64,000 nucleotides of DNA. Origin: Octopus sinensis (taxonomy: Eukaryota). Of this stretch, positions 36,795 to 52,897 are shown one piece after another. Location: the NCBI RefSeq assembly GCF_006345805.1, contig NC_043000.1:162626001-162690000 (forward strand), in the 5' to 3' direction. Position numbers and translations under genes: made by a program. Every line of letters starts with the position of its first letter. Position 1 is the stretch's first letter. The notes below the pieces were generated by a model. That model did no database searches. It was not told where the DNA came from and was given only the letters and a program-made list of their open reading frames with translations.

Positions 36795-37469
36795 GCTTTC
36801 TATCCTCATATGTTCCACTAGCAACAAATATTTCTGTTCCGTCGTGCTTCAAGTTTGTCTTAGCTTATTTTTAATCTCTGTACCGGTGTGAGATCAACTG
36901 TGAGAAATTATTCGACTGTCTCTCATCCTTTATTGAGAACTTATAAAATCAACATTCTTATTGATTTATTCATGAGTCTTGTCTCTTACCGTTTTCGCAT
37001 ATTCAAACAATTGACAGAGATATCGTTTCACTTGGACTTTTGAGCAAACAGTTTTCTTTCTGACTTTAGAAACATTATTGACTTCTTCCTCAACTGCAGA
37101 CCCAATCTTTAACCAGTCATTTCTGTCACTGTCTAATCAAACAATCCACTGTCCAATCAAGGAAATACACTTTCCTATCTAACAACATCTAGTAACCGCA
37201 AAATCCATTATTATTTTGTCAATCCTAGTTAGTAACTATACCCAACCTCTAAACCAGCTGAACGATGTCTTAACTTTGTGATTAATGCAAAGAAAATCCC
37301 TGTGTATGATACTCAGCTCCTCCACGCAAACTAACCTACTCCCACCAACAACACACGTTGCTTTAACTCAATAAACTATTCGGTCACAATAATTGAATTT
37401 ATTTACCTCTATTTTGTTCGTATACACCAGAAATAAAGTAGAGCTATTTGAAATTTACATACAACGTTA

Positions 37470-37547
37470 AAATTATACGTATCATATCAAAATTATACTT
37501 ATCATATCAAAATTATACTTATCATATCAAAATTATACTTATCATAT
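37470..37547. repeat. 20-bp minisatellite, ~3.5 copies
   Basis: (TATCATATCAAAATTATACT)n. Confidence 0.9.
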
Positions 37548-38514
37548 ATTCGGTGCCACCAAAACTGAAGATAACTTATGAAATTCGCTATATAATGCTA
37601 AAGCATATTACATTCTTTGCATGGAAATAATTATATTTCACTTAAGTATAGAGCTAATCGTCGAAGAGAAATCTTATAGCTGATTACATCGACTGCAACA
37701 CAGCACTTATATTATTTCCTATGGAATTATTTCCATTCAGGATATAGAAAGACGAAATTATACCCTTCTTGTCGAGAAAATTAAAGATTATAAAACACAC
37801 AACAATTTGGAAGATAACAACAAAAAAATAAAGTTAAATAATAATAAAGACTTTAAAATTTCAAAGGAGCAATGTAATACTCTTCATGAGTGTGTCAAAA
37901 CAATCCTCACCCATAAATCTCATTAATAACTTGTTCTAGATAATTTATTTAGCGTTTTTTCTATTTTGTACTTTTAACCGAAACGGAAAATATCTGGCAT
38001 ATTCTCAAAATGTTACGCCTTTTAAAGGAAGTTGAAATATGGCAATTGCCATAGCATATACTGCAGAAAACCAAAGTTGTCACACATAAGACAGAAGCTA
38101 CGAGCTTTTAGTCTTGTCAGACGTCTCACTGAAAGCGAAGAAATGTAGGTGGCGGTTTTCTCGTTTGAAGATTGTTAATGAGTCATGACAAGTCGTTTAT
38201 CTTATCTTGACCTAGCACTAATGAGAGGCACCACTAGGTCAAGTACTTTCAGCAGACGTTCGAGATACTTGACATGAAGGACCTCAGGAAAAGAATAAGC
38301 AATCCTCCTTTGTCGACGCCGAAAGCATTTTAACTGACAGAGAGGACGTTTCACCGACTACCTAGATCAGTGCGCAGTAGTCGGAACAGAACACTAAAAA
38401 AGACACCAGTTATCAGATGTCCAACCTTTGGGATCATCTAAAAATCCCACAAAAAAAAGTGGGAAAATTTATTTTGATTAGATAATTAGAATATTTCTAT
38501 AGGTAAAATATTGG

Positions 38515-38725
38515 TTTCAAATTTTGGCACAAGGTCAGCAATTTCGTGGGAGGAGAGTAATCGATTACATTGAGGCCACTGTTCAACTGGTACTTATTTT
38601 ATCAATCCCGAAAGGATGAAAAGCAGAGTCAACCATGGTGGCATTTGAACTCAGAATATGAAGAGAAACCTCATTCCGTTAAGCATTTTTTTCCAGCGCA
38701 GCAACAATTCTGCCAGTTCGCTGCT
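38515..38725 (-). mobile_element. SINE (dominant family)
   Basis: CCCGAAAGGATGAAAAGCAGAGTCAACC...ATTTGAACTC. Confidence 0.75.
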
Positions 38726-39267
38726 TAATGCATCACATAAAATATTGGTTTTAGTATGGGTTAAGGTAACAGTGATTAAGATATACTAACCAGATTAACG
38801 AAAGGTTTTACTGCACTACGAGATGTAAACATCATTGGGTTTTGAAAGTGTGGTATGATTTATGTAACATTTTCTTTGAAGTGTTGCTATTTGACTTGTT
38901 ATCTCTATTTTGTTGTTTGTTGAGTGAAATATGTTCCATGTTGTCCGTGTTATTTATTGGATGGTGGTTTGTGTGTATTATACCGGAAATTTGTTTAGCG
39001 ATTGTGTTGGAATATATTGTGAATTGTACACATTCTGTGCCGTGCGAGATGAATCCTTATTATTACTAAATAACAATGTACAGCACAAAAGGGAGTACGA
39101 CAGAATATATATCTTGTGATGTTTAATTACAATACTTTATACTTTTCGTGTAAGCCCCGATGGGGTTGATTTCAATTTTCATCCTTTCAGAATAAAGTAC
39201 TGGAGTCAATGTAATTAACAAGGTCTCTTCTCATAAAATTTATGGCCATAAACCCATGTAAGGAATC

Positions 39268-39313
<46 letters not shown>

Positions 39314-40277
39314 GGAAAAAATATGGTAACGGACTGCTGGAATTGTTTGAGCGTGAGGAAAATGCTTCTGTTTGAATATGCTCTGAGTTCAAATTCCGCC
39401 GAGGTCGAGTTTGATTTTCTTGTTTTCGGGTCGAAAAAGTAAGTACCAGTGGTGCCCTAAGGAGGATGTAATAGATTTATCCCTTTCTCTAAAATTACTA
39501 ACCTTGTACCCACAATTAACATCATTATTACTTTAAAAAATTTTAGAGCAAAGTAGTGTCATAATTGAGAGAATGTTAACTACATGATTTATGGCAACGG
39601 GCTTCATTATATGTTTTACATTTAAGCCTTCCGTGTTTGATATTGCTATTCATCTAATTTGAACGAAATCCCACAAAATTAGTGGTTCTCAATCCAGGAA
39701 ATACTTCTAACGAGAAGACAAAATATAAATGACTCTTCACCCCTTCCTGTATATAAAAAAACCCCTTCTATATTAGACATTTGAAATATACCCCTCCAAA
39801 GTAGATAATATAAATACCAGATAATTCAATTGTATATACTTCAATATACTTCTACCACAAGTGTGTGGCTTTGTGTCAATGGCAGCACTGGTAGTTATGA
39901 ATCTAGAGAATAGGATGCTTTTATTCATCCATATAAGTCTTACTCATTCATATAGTAACATTTATTAAATCAATTATACAGCTTCAAACATTTGATTATG
40001 AACCTACGTAACACCTCAACAGAATTGCTGCTGCTGTTGCCGCTACTACTACTACTACTACTACTAGGCACCTACTCCTAATTGCTGGGCGTTCACCCGA
40101 TTAGAAAAGCACTTAAGTGGAAGCATGAACTTAATGGCAAAAGGCAGTGTCAGTGCAGGTACAGCATCAAACGCCAATGGAGTTATCGAAACCAATGCCA
40201 TTGGTACTGCGAAGAACAATATAAAATAGCATCTTCCATACGGCATGAATATGAGTATATAATTCTTTTCCACTCTA

Positions 40278-40478
40278 GGTATAAGGCCCAAAATTTTGGG
40301 GGAGGGGGCCAGTCGATTACATCGACCCCAGTACACAACTGGCACTTAATTTATCGACCCCAAAAGGATGAAAGGCAAAGTCGACCTTGGCACAATTTGA
40401 ACTTAGAATGTAAAGACAGACGAAATACTACTAGGCATTTCGCCCGTCGTGCTAACGTTCCTGCCAGCTCACCGCCTT
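40278..40478 (-). mobile_element. SINE (dominant family)
   Basis: Core plus the head GCCAGCTCACCGCCTT. Confidence 0.85.
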
Positions 40479-41158
40479 TTATAAGTATATAATTGTATTC
40501 AAAGCAAGGCTCTTAATGTATAAGCTTGGTGTCTATGATATATGTAGCCTCTCAATTCAACTTAGTTACGTTTTTCAGTTTTTAACGTGTTTATTAGAAG
40601 GTATCTCATTTCTCTCTCTTTCTATCTTTACCCCCCACACACACACACGAACACACACGCACACACACACACACACAAACACACATACATACACACACAC
40701 ACAGGCGTGTATATGTTAGTATGTATCCCGCGTTACGTTGATCTCAGCTTTCAGGATTTCGTGCTAAACGGAAACTGTAATACATGAATACAAATTTCGG
40801 GTACCATTTGTAATTTTCCCTTACAGAAACTCAGATAAATTTTAGTAAATCGTAAACTTACGTTTTCTTCTTGGCCAAATGGCTATTTCCCAGCCAAGAT
40901 ATCGGTATAGATAAAAATTATAAAAGCTATACGTAAGATACATACATAAAACATACATACATGTCTGTTTATATGTATTTATGTTTGAGCGTGTGTATTT
41001 ATGCGCATGTTTACGTATACGTCATTATAAACATGGAATATGAGATAAGAGTTTTCAATGAGAATACAGTGTTTGTGTGTACTTTCTACGAACACAATAT
41101 ATTTCTATCCTTCCTTCTCTATCCCTCTCTATCTATCAATCTATCTATCTATCAGCCT

Positions 41159-41238
<80 letters not shown>

Positions 41239-41401
41239 TGTGTGTGTGCGTGTGTGTGTGTGTAGCAAAAATTTAGATTCAGATGAATATGGTACTTAAG
41301 TTAAAGACACCAGAATTAGGTATGGTATTATCAATATAAATCAAATGGGGTGATTATAATCAAAATAAGCACCAAGGATATCAAAAGGCAGTGTATATAT
41401 A

Positions 41402-41447
<46 letters not shown>

Positions 41448-41916
41448 GCACACACATAAATCTTCACCTCACCGTTATCTTTCACCAACATCAATAAAAC
41501 TACCATCTACACTATAACCAATAAAGCCGTGCAGCATTGTCATCCCGCCAAAGTCTGAATAGCCAACAAGAAGCAACAATAGTTGTAACTGCATGATAGC
41601 AACGTCTGTAGCTACATATATAGCTTGTAAACTCAGCTGTGTGTGTTTGCGTAGTCTGTGAGTAGATTGCAAATTTTTGAGGCTGAAGTCAGAAGTGCAA
41701 GGGGCGAAGTGCTGTTGAAACTGAAAACCTATCAACTAACTGCAATCAAAAATTATTTCCTCCGCCTTCACATTTTCATCTCACTTCCATTCTTAGAACT
41801 GTAGAAATAAGCGAACAGTTTTTGCTTACATTTTTAAAAAAATGCTTTTTATTAATAAATATTTGTTGGGGATAATTGTGTGACATCGCCACTTTTGGAT
41901 TTCTTTACGATTTAAG

Positions 41917-42050
41917 ATGTCTGAAAAGAAGCTATCAAAGCGAAGTGAAAGTAGTCTGGCGAGACGGAAACGTAAACGGAATATAATGCATATTAAACTT
42001 AATGCTTTAAAAATATTTGATGCGGGAGGAAATGCTTGCGTACTCTAATA
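41917..42050 (+). pseudogene. Possible Tigger/pogo transposase N-terminal remnant
   Basis: MSEKKLSKRSESSLARRKRKRNIMHIKLNALKIFDAG loosely resembles a CENP-B-type HTH start. Confidence 0.3.
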
Positions 42051-42180
42051 TTGTGATGTGAAACTTCGACAATTCGAACTTTAGATCTTCTGCCATCGAT
42101 ATTCTATTGACTTGGTTTGTTCCAAACTTTAACTTTTACTTATGTATTATTGCAGATAACTTTAGACACACACCTGTCAG

Positions 42181-42250
<70 letters not shown>

Positions 42251-44089
42251 GTATGTTTACTTAGGGAATGCAAGCATGAGAAAGAAAGGTTGAAAGAAAT
42301 ACGATTTTGCACTTGCACTAGTAAATAGAACTGCAAATTCAAGTTAATGAAATTTGCTTTACAAATACACGCGTTTGCATGTGTATTTGTGAAGAGATTT
42401 TGGAGTGAATTAGTTTGCCTATGTCAGAGTGAGTGAATGTGGGAGGAAGTGCATGTGTATATGTAAGTATATGAATGTTGGTGTGAGTGTGTGCTTATGC
42501 GTGTATTGATATAAAATGGTATCTTGGATGTTTGGATAGAATAACTCAAAGAACAGTTTGATCAGATTACTAAGATATCTGCTAAATTAAGTTAGGATGT
42601 TTACCTGTACAGATATAAGCCAGCTATTCATTCTTTGCAGTTGGAAAGAACAGATTGCATACATAGCTCGAAGAATACAGACCACTACCTCTAAATAAAT
42701 TTCAGATGCTTAAAACATCTACATGTTTCATATGAATGATTACTTGCCTACAGATACATCGAAGCAGTCAAACGTAGAGTTGAACAAATATAATATAAAA
42801 TGTTGCTTTACATCATTATTTGTTATTGCTGTTAAGAAAATAAAATGGCGATTACATCGAATGCGAAGATGAAGAGGAAGAGGACGGTGACGACTTCCAC
42901 GATGGTGTGGATGATTACGATGATGGAGATGGAGATACCGATGCTGCTGCCAATGATGGTAACCAATGCCGCAAGTACATGTCTAGTATTTATTTTACCA
43001 ACCTCTTTCACAGACAGGCAATGAAAAGCAAAATTGCCTTGTGGAGTGTTTGAACTCAGAAAGTCACGAGAGACGAATCAAAATATGGCGCACTATTAAA
43101 TATTTCTGATCGAATTTCTCAACGAGCAACACAGTCCGATAAGACTGTAAAATAATCTCAAATGAAATGAGTAAATGAATTAAGAACAATACATAGTGAG
43201 AAGCTTTTGAATAATAAAAAGCAAACATCCCACACACGGAAAGGAAACTAGTAAAATATAAGTTCAAAAAGTCATTTAAGGTCACTTTAGATATCAATCA
43301 TGTAAATAGGTTCTGATTTCATTCGTATCTCATTTTGTAACTGAAGAAAAGTATCTAATATAGGAAGCCAGATAAGATATTTATAACATTTGGCGAAGTT
43401 GTGTATATTTCTTAATAGCTGAATACGATACAGTTTGGGGAGGGACTGAAATATTGTTCTGTAATAGTTACCATTGTACTCAAATAAGTAAACGCTCACG
43501 CACGCACACACACACACACATATACACAGAGGCACACACGCAAATAAAAGAAGGGGAATGTAAAAACTAAGATGATTTATGATTATGTTGTTGTTGATCA
43601 CGCTGTTTAACCCTAGGTCCAAAATATCGAGAATATCCTACCAAATTCGTATATGTCAAGTGATGGCTAAGAAAATCAGTAGAATAGCTATATACGACAC
43701 TTAACCTTCCCAAACCAATTCTCACGGAAGGCAGCTCTGCCATTTATCCTTTTAGTGTCGGGTACAAGCAGTAACTGAGATCTGTTGTCAATCCTTTTGC
43801 GAATATCACCCGAAAGGTATGTGAATTTTTGTTTCTGTCAGAAATCCTTGCAAAAAGGGATAACGGTGCCCACGATAAACTTCGGCTAATTTTCAAAATA
43901 AATAAAGATAATATGATGGGGTGGAAGAGGTATCTCCCATCACAAACCTGTTGATACTGTGATATCGATGTGGTTGATTTTCTGCTTTAATTTACTGATG
44001 TTTATGGAAAAAGTGAGTTGTGTGTGTTAAACTGTCGGCATATACGTCCATGTATGCATCTATTCACATAAGAACTTCAAATGAAGAAT

Positions 44090-44277
44090 TTTTGAAATGT
44101 CATAAAAATCTTCACTGTTAAAAGGCATGAGTTTCTGCACTGCTTCGAAAAGTGTAAAACGCGTTTGGACCGATGCTTTGCTTCAAATGGAGAATACTTT
44201 GAAGGCGATAAAAGTATAAACATGTAAAACTAGGTGAAGAAAATAATATTACTGTTTCTTTTGTGTACACCCTCTTA
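44090..44277 (+). mobile_element. mariner transposase C-terminal remnant and TIR
   Basis: FLHCFEKCKTRLDRCFASNGEYFEGDK followed by TTTTGTGTACACCCTC. Confidence 0.6.
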
Positions 44278-45839
44278 TGGTTTTACATATATTTTAAGTT
44301 ACACGTCATTTGTTATTGTATAACATGATAGATTTTTCTTGAAATAACTAACTAGATGTATTGCTAAATAGAAAACCGAACACGATTCCTGTTGTCTGTC
44401 ATTTATCAAGTCAAAACAAAGAGAACAAAATTTCATGGCTTATGAAATCAAATATTCATAGAAGTCATAATACCACTGTTATGTTTATCCACATTATATA
44501 TAATATTTCATATAGAGAAATATTTTTACTGTATTTGCTACATATGCAACTGTCCACTGGTCTATTGAATTTTAAAAGAAACTATCAACGTTTTCCTAGT
44601 AAAAATAATAAATGTTTATGTACATAAATAATAAATGTTTATATATAGAAGAAGCTGGCTCGAAACATTCTGTTAAAGAAGTAAAATAATAATAGTAAAA
44701 ATAGAAGAGACGGAGAACTTCATACAATGTGTAAAAAACAAATAAATTTAGTAACTTTCATAAATTGCAGGTATAAAATTCCATCATCAGAAGTAAACTG
44801 TCGAGAAATGTCGGTGTATTAAGAATCGGACCGCGCTGTGTAGGATGCGAACAGTGACCATGTTGTGGTACATTTTAACATACGCTGTCGTATCGCTGTC
44901 CGCACCGCAATCAGCGAAACTGGTATCTGAACAGACCGACATTTTTGGAGTGTATACTACTCATGATGGACCTTTGAAATACTTAACGCTCATAAAATAT
45001 ATTGCTTTTCAGCATTAAAAGATGCTCTCTGTCTTAACTATTTTCATCAATGTGTGTGTGTGTGTGCGTATGTGTGTGCGTGTGTGTGTATTTATATATA
45101 ATACAATGAGTGCGCACTTGTGCATGTATGCATATATAGATATATACATGCATTTACATATATATAGATACGCCACATTTACGACTATATGTATGCCTGT
45201 CTGTATGTATGTTTGTTTGTTGTTGTTTGTTTCTCTTGACTATCCCTCTTCAGCCTTCTTCTCCGTAGTTTTCTATTTTTTTATTCACTAGCATATGGTT
45301 ATTTCTAATGGCTATCATATTTTTGCATCTAAGTCTATATTGCCAATGGGTTTACAGTTGTTATTTGTCTGATATGAATGTTCTTATCGCACTGTACACA
45401 GAAGTGCATTTCAAAACCTATTCCTCAGCAGTGTATCTTTGTAAGGCTGAAAGTTCAAATTTCCAACTTAAAAATGTATGTATATTCTTCTTTATATCTT
45501 TAATGTAAATAAACACATGAAATAGTGAAAAGAGAATAACAAAACACTATCTAACAAGTATAAGATCTATAGAAATGTTAAGTAATAAACAGAATAACGA
45601 ATAAACATACAGAGTTTAGGTGAGAGTTTAAAACTTATCTAGAAGCAACATGCAAATGATATTCACTTAAAATTGATTTTTAAACCAGAATTCTATTTTT
45701 CGCTTGAGAGCACTTTTAGTATGTCCATTGGCAAAAAATATGTTGGACGTACTTACAATTTAGTGCACAGCAGAGTAATATGCTGCTGGTATTGGAATTT
45801 TACAGACGGTTAGCATTTCGCCGTTTTATACTCTTAGTT

Positions 45840-46075
45840 TAGGATAAAAGGAGAAAGATCGTTTCCGAGTCATACAAACCCATGTCCTTGGTATGATATA
45901 TTTCCCTCCTGGACGGTACGCCATTCCGTCGCCGGATACCCAACTGGGGGAACTGGAGCAACGTGAAAGGAAAGGTTTTGCTAAAGAACAAAACGCGTCG
46001 CTGCGTCCAGGAATCGAAACCACTATCTTACGACCATGATTCCAACACATCAACCACTAAGCCATGCGCCTCCAC
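45840..46075 (-). mobile_element. tRNA-derived SINE with CORE-like domain
   Basis: Minus head GTGGAGGCGCATGGCTTAGTGGTTG...GGTTTCGATTCC, then TTCTTTAGCAAAACC...CACGTTGCTCCAGT. Confidence 0.75.
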
Positions 46076-46119
46076 CGACACTGTTAGTTCACAGATAGAT
46101 AGATAGATAGATAGATAGG

Positions 46120-46249
<130 letters not shown>

Positions 46250-46328
46250 TCTGTCTTTCTTTGCAAGAAAATATATACGTAAAACAAAAAAATGTAAAAA
46301 CAAATGCGGATGGACGCCTCGATATTAT

Positions 46329-46407
<79 letters not shown>

Positions 46408-46727
46408 ATATATATAATATATATATATGTTTCTTTATTAGCCACACAGGGCTCTACACAGACGGAACAAATTACAAGGTAAGGTAGAGCTTTTCTTTTG
46501 GGGATAAAAAAGGGGGGTTGGTTTTCGATCAATAGGGATCGTTATCACAGAAATGTCAATATAAAATGTAAAGGGGAAGACAGGTGAAGTTTACCCGTAG
46601 AAAGAAAAGCCTATAGCTTTAATGGTTTTTAAAAAACCAACAATTATTTACTGGTAGATTTCGGCATGTAAATATAACCATTAACGGTAGGAACTTCTAT
46701 AAAAGTTCAATATATATTTTGTATATA

Positions 46728-47022
46728 AATATAAAAAAAATGCAGGCAACAGGTTGCTTAGCCACATACCGAAAAAATTAGAAATAGCAGTCAAAAACTG
46801 TTTATTTCTATTTTCTACAAGTGGGACTCCACATACGACATATCTCTGTAATTCACAAATGCAAAACAGAAGGAAGAAATAACGAAAACATATGTGAATT
46901 ACAGGGATATGTCGTATGTGGAGTCTTATTTGTAGAAAATAGAAATAAACAGTCTTTGACTGCTATTTCTAATTTTTTCGGTATGTGGCTAAGCAACCTG
47001 TTGCCTGCCTTTTTTATTTATA
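46728..47022. repeat. Near-perfect fold-back: ~130-bp arms, 35-nt loop
   Basis: GCAGGCAACAGGTTGCTTAGCCACATACCGAAAAAATTAG...GTAATTCACA mirrored by TGTGAATTAC...CTAATTTTTTCGGTATGTGGCTAAGCAACCTGTTGCCTGC. Confidence 0.92.
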
Positions 47023-47033
47023 TATATATATAT

Positions 47034-47911
<878 letters not shown>

Positions 47912-48930
47912 TATATATATATACATACATACATGCATACATACATACTACATACATACATACATACATACATACATACACCCATACATATATACATTTA
48001 TACATACATATATGCACAATGCAGTTTAGATCCTGATAGAGTAGAAAATCAATGTGTCCCAATGCAGAAATCGATACGAACTCCTCGTTACGTGCACTTA
48101 AATACCGGGATGTTGTAAAAAGTACTGAAGCTCCTGGTAAAACCAGTATATATATCGAAGAATATCATATAAGCTAATGTAGAAGACAAAAAAGAATGAA
48201 TTTACCACAAATTTGCTTTTAGCTACAATTGTTTTTATCTGACACCGTTTCGAACCGCATTGCTTCTAAATGATTTCATTTTAAAAAATGAGGCATAATG
48301 TATGGTTGAATATTTTGGAATGGCATCTCATAGACTCACCATACATATTGCGTAATTTTTCTCTCAGAATCATTTACAGCGAATGTGTTTAGAAACGCTG
48401 TAATGCAGAAACAATTGTAGCAAATATTAAATATTCATTGCTGATCTTCTTTCACACACACAACACACTCACCACATACAGACACACCACCCATACTCAC
48501 CACACACATACCACACATATCACACATGCACATATATATGTGTATGTATATATATATGTGTGTGTGTGAATGTGTGTATATATACATATGTAAGCATATG
48601 CATATACATACACACTCACACATACACACACACATATATATATATAAAACATGCACATATACGTATTCATAAACATATATGCAAACACGTACAGTATGCA
48701 CTTAGGCAGCCACTCATTCATATACATTCATATGCAAGCATAAAAGTGTGTGGCCGCAGTCTAATGACTGAAAGAAGTAAAAGGTAAAGGATACAAGATG
48801 TCGTTGTTCGCTCGCGAATGCTATTTTATTTTGGCTCGTGTTTCTTTTCTTGTATTTACGCATCCTGGGTGGGTCAACCAAAGCCTTGTGAGTAGATTAG
48901 GTGTACGTAAAATGAATGAATTCAGTTGTG

Positions 48931-49003
<73 letters not shown>

Positions 49004-50517
49004 CAGTGTCTGTCTTTGTGAGTGTGTTGTGTTTGTTCACAATTCCCTCTAGATAACCGTTGTTGGTTTGTTCAAATCCCCATATCTTAACGGTTAAAAA
49101 GTAAATGTGGGGGTGGGGGTGATTTGTTTGACGAAAACCTTTGGAGAAGCTGTCCCAGCGTGGAGACTGTTCAATTACTGAAACTAGTAAAAGATAAGCA
49201 TAAAAGATGTAAGCCATTTTGAATATAAACGAATCTAATTTTAGAATAAGCAGGAATAGCAACAAAATTTCACTTAAATCAAGAACAACTGTCTTTATGG
49301 AAAAAAAGAAACATGATAATTAAATCTACATTGGATAATTTATCATTACATACTTGATGATTGAAAGCAAAAGATAAAATAGTCAATACTGAAGCATTTT
49401 GTTCGTGTTTTTTTCTTTTTTTCGTATTTCACATCAATTATATTTCATGTTATTAATTTCGTGCAATCTCGTGATATTTCCATTATTGATATCCAACTTC
49501 CATTATTTGTATACATTCTTGAGATATCTGATCGAATCTATGAATACTTATTAATGTTCATCAATTCTACCTCTTGTAATATTGTGTTCACCAGCTTCCG
49601 ATAGACTGATAATAAAATATTCATTACTTGATTTTTAAAGCTATAATTTTGTACTTTTTATATTCATAATACGCAATAGGCTAATCTTGACAACTCATAT
49701 CTTTATAACTATATTTTATAGCATTGTCTGACGTATATCCTGGTAGCTGATTTCAACCTACATTTCCATAGAAATTAGAACACAGAGAGGCATTCTATTA
49801 TTTCATTTTATTTTTACAACCAATAAGTCGTGTTGTAAATTCTATTATTCCGACAGTCTGTCCGATCTTAAGATAATCTTTTCCAAAGATATTTGTATTG
49901 AGCGGTTTGCCTTATGAAGTGGCATCAGTCAATATTGCCTGTATTCCAAGTCAATATAACTTGAGAAAAGATGTACTGAATGACATAGGCCATGCAGTAC
50001 ATCACACTTTAAACTTAATTAAATCCATGCGACTCACAAACTTAAGTTATTTCCCTTAACTCATTTTAATCTTCTTTTTTTTAAAATCCTATTGAGAGTT
50101 GGTTGCCTAAGTGAAGACAGCTTCACAACCTCAGATTTCTATATGTAGATATGATAGCCGTCAGTGAGACTAGGAACTCCAGAATGAACTTACTAGCGCC
50201 TCTTCTGAGTGATTTCGGGGTACATTTTTATCGGTTGCTCTCTATAGAACGGGATGACAATAATGATGCAATATTCTGGGATCAAGCGGTTAAGTCAGAA
50301 CTCCTGGATGTAAAAAGTCTGAAAGACAGAGCCTTCAGACTAGTGTTGGGAGGTAAGACGTTTTCTTCCATCAAAATCTAAGTAACTCAGTGGACGGCTG
50401 CAATGACATGTTAGATAAACTCTGGAATCATTTACGGAAAGCTAATAGAAAAATCTCGCAAAAATACAAAGGCAGTACTAATTATCTGATAGGTGCATAC
50501 TGGAATTCCTGAATATA

Positions 50518-51795
50518 CGAGGGGCGTTCAATAAATAATGCCCCTGGCCCACTTCCCATAGCAGTAGAGCAACGAAACTTGGCACAGTTATTAGTCTTTT
50601 TCTACATAGAAACTAACCAGAGTTACGCATTTCTACAATTGTTTGATGCAGCTCTGGAGACCGTTTTTGTAGAAGACCCCAGCTTGGTCCTCCAACCACG
50701 ACGTGACGTCAGAAATCAAGGCTGCATCATCTGGGAAACGCTTTCCTTTCAAAAACAACTTCATGGCTGGGAAGAGGTGAAAATCTGAGGGTGCAAGGTC
50801 AAGAGAGTAGGGGCATGGGGGAGGAGTTCATAGCCGCACGCCTGTGCTTCTGATCTGGTGACCATTGAGTTGTGGACCGGAGCGTTGTCCTGCAGGAGGA
50901 GGATGCCTTTGCTGATCTTGCCCCGCCTCTTGATTTTGATAACTTCTCTTAATTTCATCAAAAGTGAAGCATAATAGGTTCCTGCAATTGTGGTACCCTC
51001 TGCCAGGAAATCTGTCATTACTACTCCGTCCTGGTCCCAGAAGACTATGAGCATGACCTTGCTAGTGGAGGGCTGCACCCTTGCTTTCTTTGGAGGGGGT
51101 GAGTCACGGCCCTTCCACTGCATTGACTGGGCTTTTGTCTCTGGATCATAGCGATGGACCCAGGTTTCATCCTGTGTAATCAGTCTTTTGAAAAATGTTG
51201 ACTCATCTTCTTGGCACATCTCCAAATTCATCCTCGAGCACTCGACGCATTCTTGCTTCCCGAACGGTGTGAGCAACCTGGGAATCCATCTGGCAGACAC
51301 CTTTTGCATATGCAAATGGTCATGAATGATTGGTTTCTACAGACCCGGTACTAATCTTGACCTCATGGGCTATTTGGCGAATAGTTATGCGTCGATCTTC
51401 CAAAATGGCAGCCTCAACTTGATGGACATATGCCTCATCAATAGCAGTAGGGGGCGACCAGATCTGGGAGCTGTTTCCACAGAGTTCCGACCATGTTTGA
51501 ATTCACAATGCCAGCGTTTTACAAGGTCATATGATGGGGCATCATCACCATAAGTTACTTTCATTTCATCAAAAGTCTCCCGTGGTGTGCGTCCTTTCAA
51601 ATATAAAAAGCGGATCACTGCCCGACACTCAACAGGCTTCATTTCACACTTGACTCAGTTCAAACACCTGTAAATCAGAAACCACAATTAGTTCAGAGCT
51701 GTAATTTACCACTGAATCTATAGAGATATAGATAATTTCAGCTAGATCAAACAACTGCAAGTGGGTCAGAGGCATTACTTATTGAACGCCCCTCG
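50518..51795 (-). mobile_element. Full-length mariner element (1278 bp), frameshifted transposase
   Basis: TIRs CGAGGGGCGTTCAATAA with TA on both sides. MKPVECRAVIRFL...RSGRP; WIPRLLT; QDETW; LQDNAPVH. Confidence 0.95.
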
Positions 51796-51869
51796 TACCA
51801 ATGTCAAAATTGGACAAACTGCATTATGCCACCAGATTGTGTTTTTGTTATGATACCAGATAAAGGATT

Positions 51870-52280
51870 CGTAGACACTAAAGAAAGCTGACCAGAAGAG
51901 AATTAATGCTTTCGAGCTTTGGTCTTGGAGAAGACTTTTCCCGATTCCATGGACAGCGAGGCTCATCAATGGAGAAGTTCTTAACCAAATCAAGCTGAAA
52001 CTGTTGCTAGAAGCTAGTATCACCGAGCATAGATTGGCATATTTTGGTCATATTATGCGGAGAAAATCCCTGAAGAGAGACATCATGCTCGGAATGGTCT
52101 GTGGCAAGAGAGGAAGAGTCCGACCAAGAACCCGCTGGCTTGACACCATCAAGAGTGACACGGGAATGGACATAGCCAATCTGAAAGAAGTGACCTAGGA
52201 TGGAACTGGCTGGAGGTAACTGATCCATCGAGTAACCGAGAGTTGACTTCGACTGAGCGGATAGATAGATAGATAGATAG
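51870..52280 (+). mobile_element. RTE/BovB-like LINE 3' end with (ATAG)n tail
   Basis: KKADQKRINAFELWSWRRL...PWTAR...LAYFGHIMRR...GRVRPRTRWLDTIK. Confidence 0.85.
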
Positions 52281-52897
52281 AATATTTTAAGTTTTCATGA
52301 TAGTTAACTATAAGCCTTACAATCTGCATTGGTTAAGAGAGCGACATGATTACTGGGAGTTGAAAGTATCGCCAACGTCATGGAAAGATGGCGGGGGTGA
52401 GATCAAATTATGCTGGAATTGGAGAAGATCGATAACAATTGGTCACAGCCGAAATGATCGCTTCAAAAACAGCCATGACGAGAACCCCCAAAATTGCACT
52501 GTACAGCCTAAGCTGGGACACAAGAGACGGAGATGCTGAGGCCCCAATAAAGCTACAATTCGAAATTTGACGGGTTACGTTGGACTCGTGACCTTCAGGC
52601 AAATGTGCGTGGTTTTCAGCTGTACTTTTTCCTATAGTTTAGAAGACTCATTAGAAAAGGCCAATGATGTCATATGATACAGGAGGCATTGAATGGTCAT
52701 GTAGCAATAAATCATGTCTTGTGATTAGTTTTCTCGACAAACCATATATTTTGCACGACAGACTCGGCTCCCTACTGTTTTCACAGTCGCATTTCACAGC
52801 TAGCAACGACCGAGAACATTCGAATTTAGAAAAGAAAGCTGTAGTCGGAGGACATTCTGGAATATGGATGCTCTTTATTTTGAGAAATTTATGTAAC

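Noticed and set aside
42850-42970. Acidic D/E-rich reading frame
   Set aside because: Degenerate (GAT/GAA)n low-complexity sequence with no exon support.
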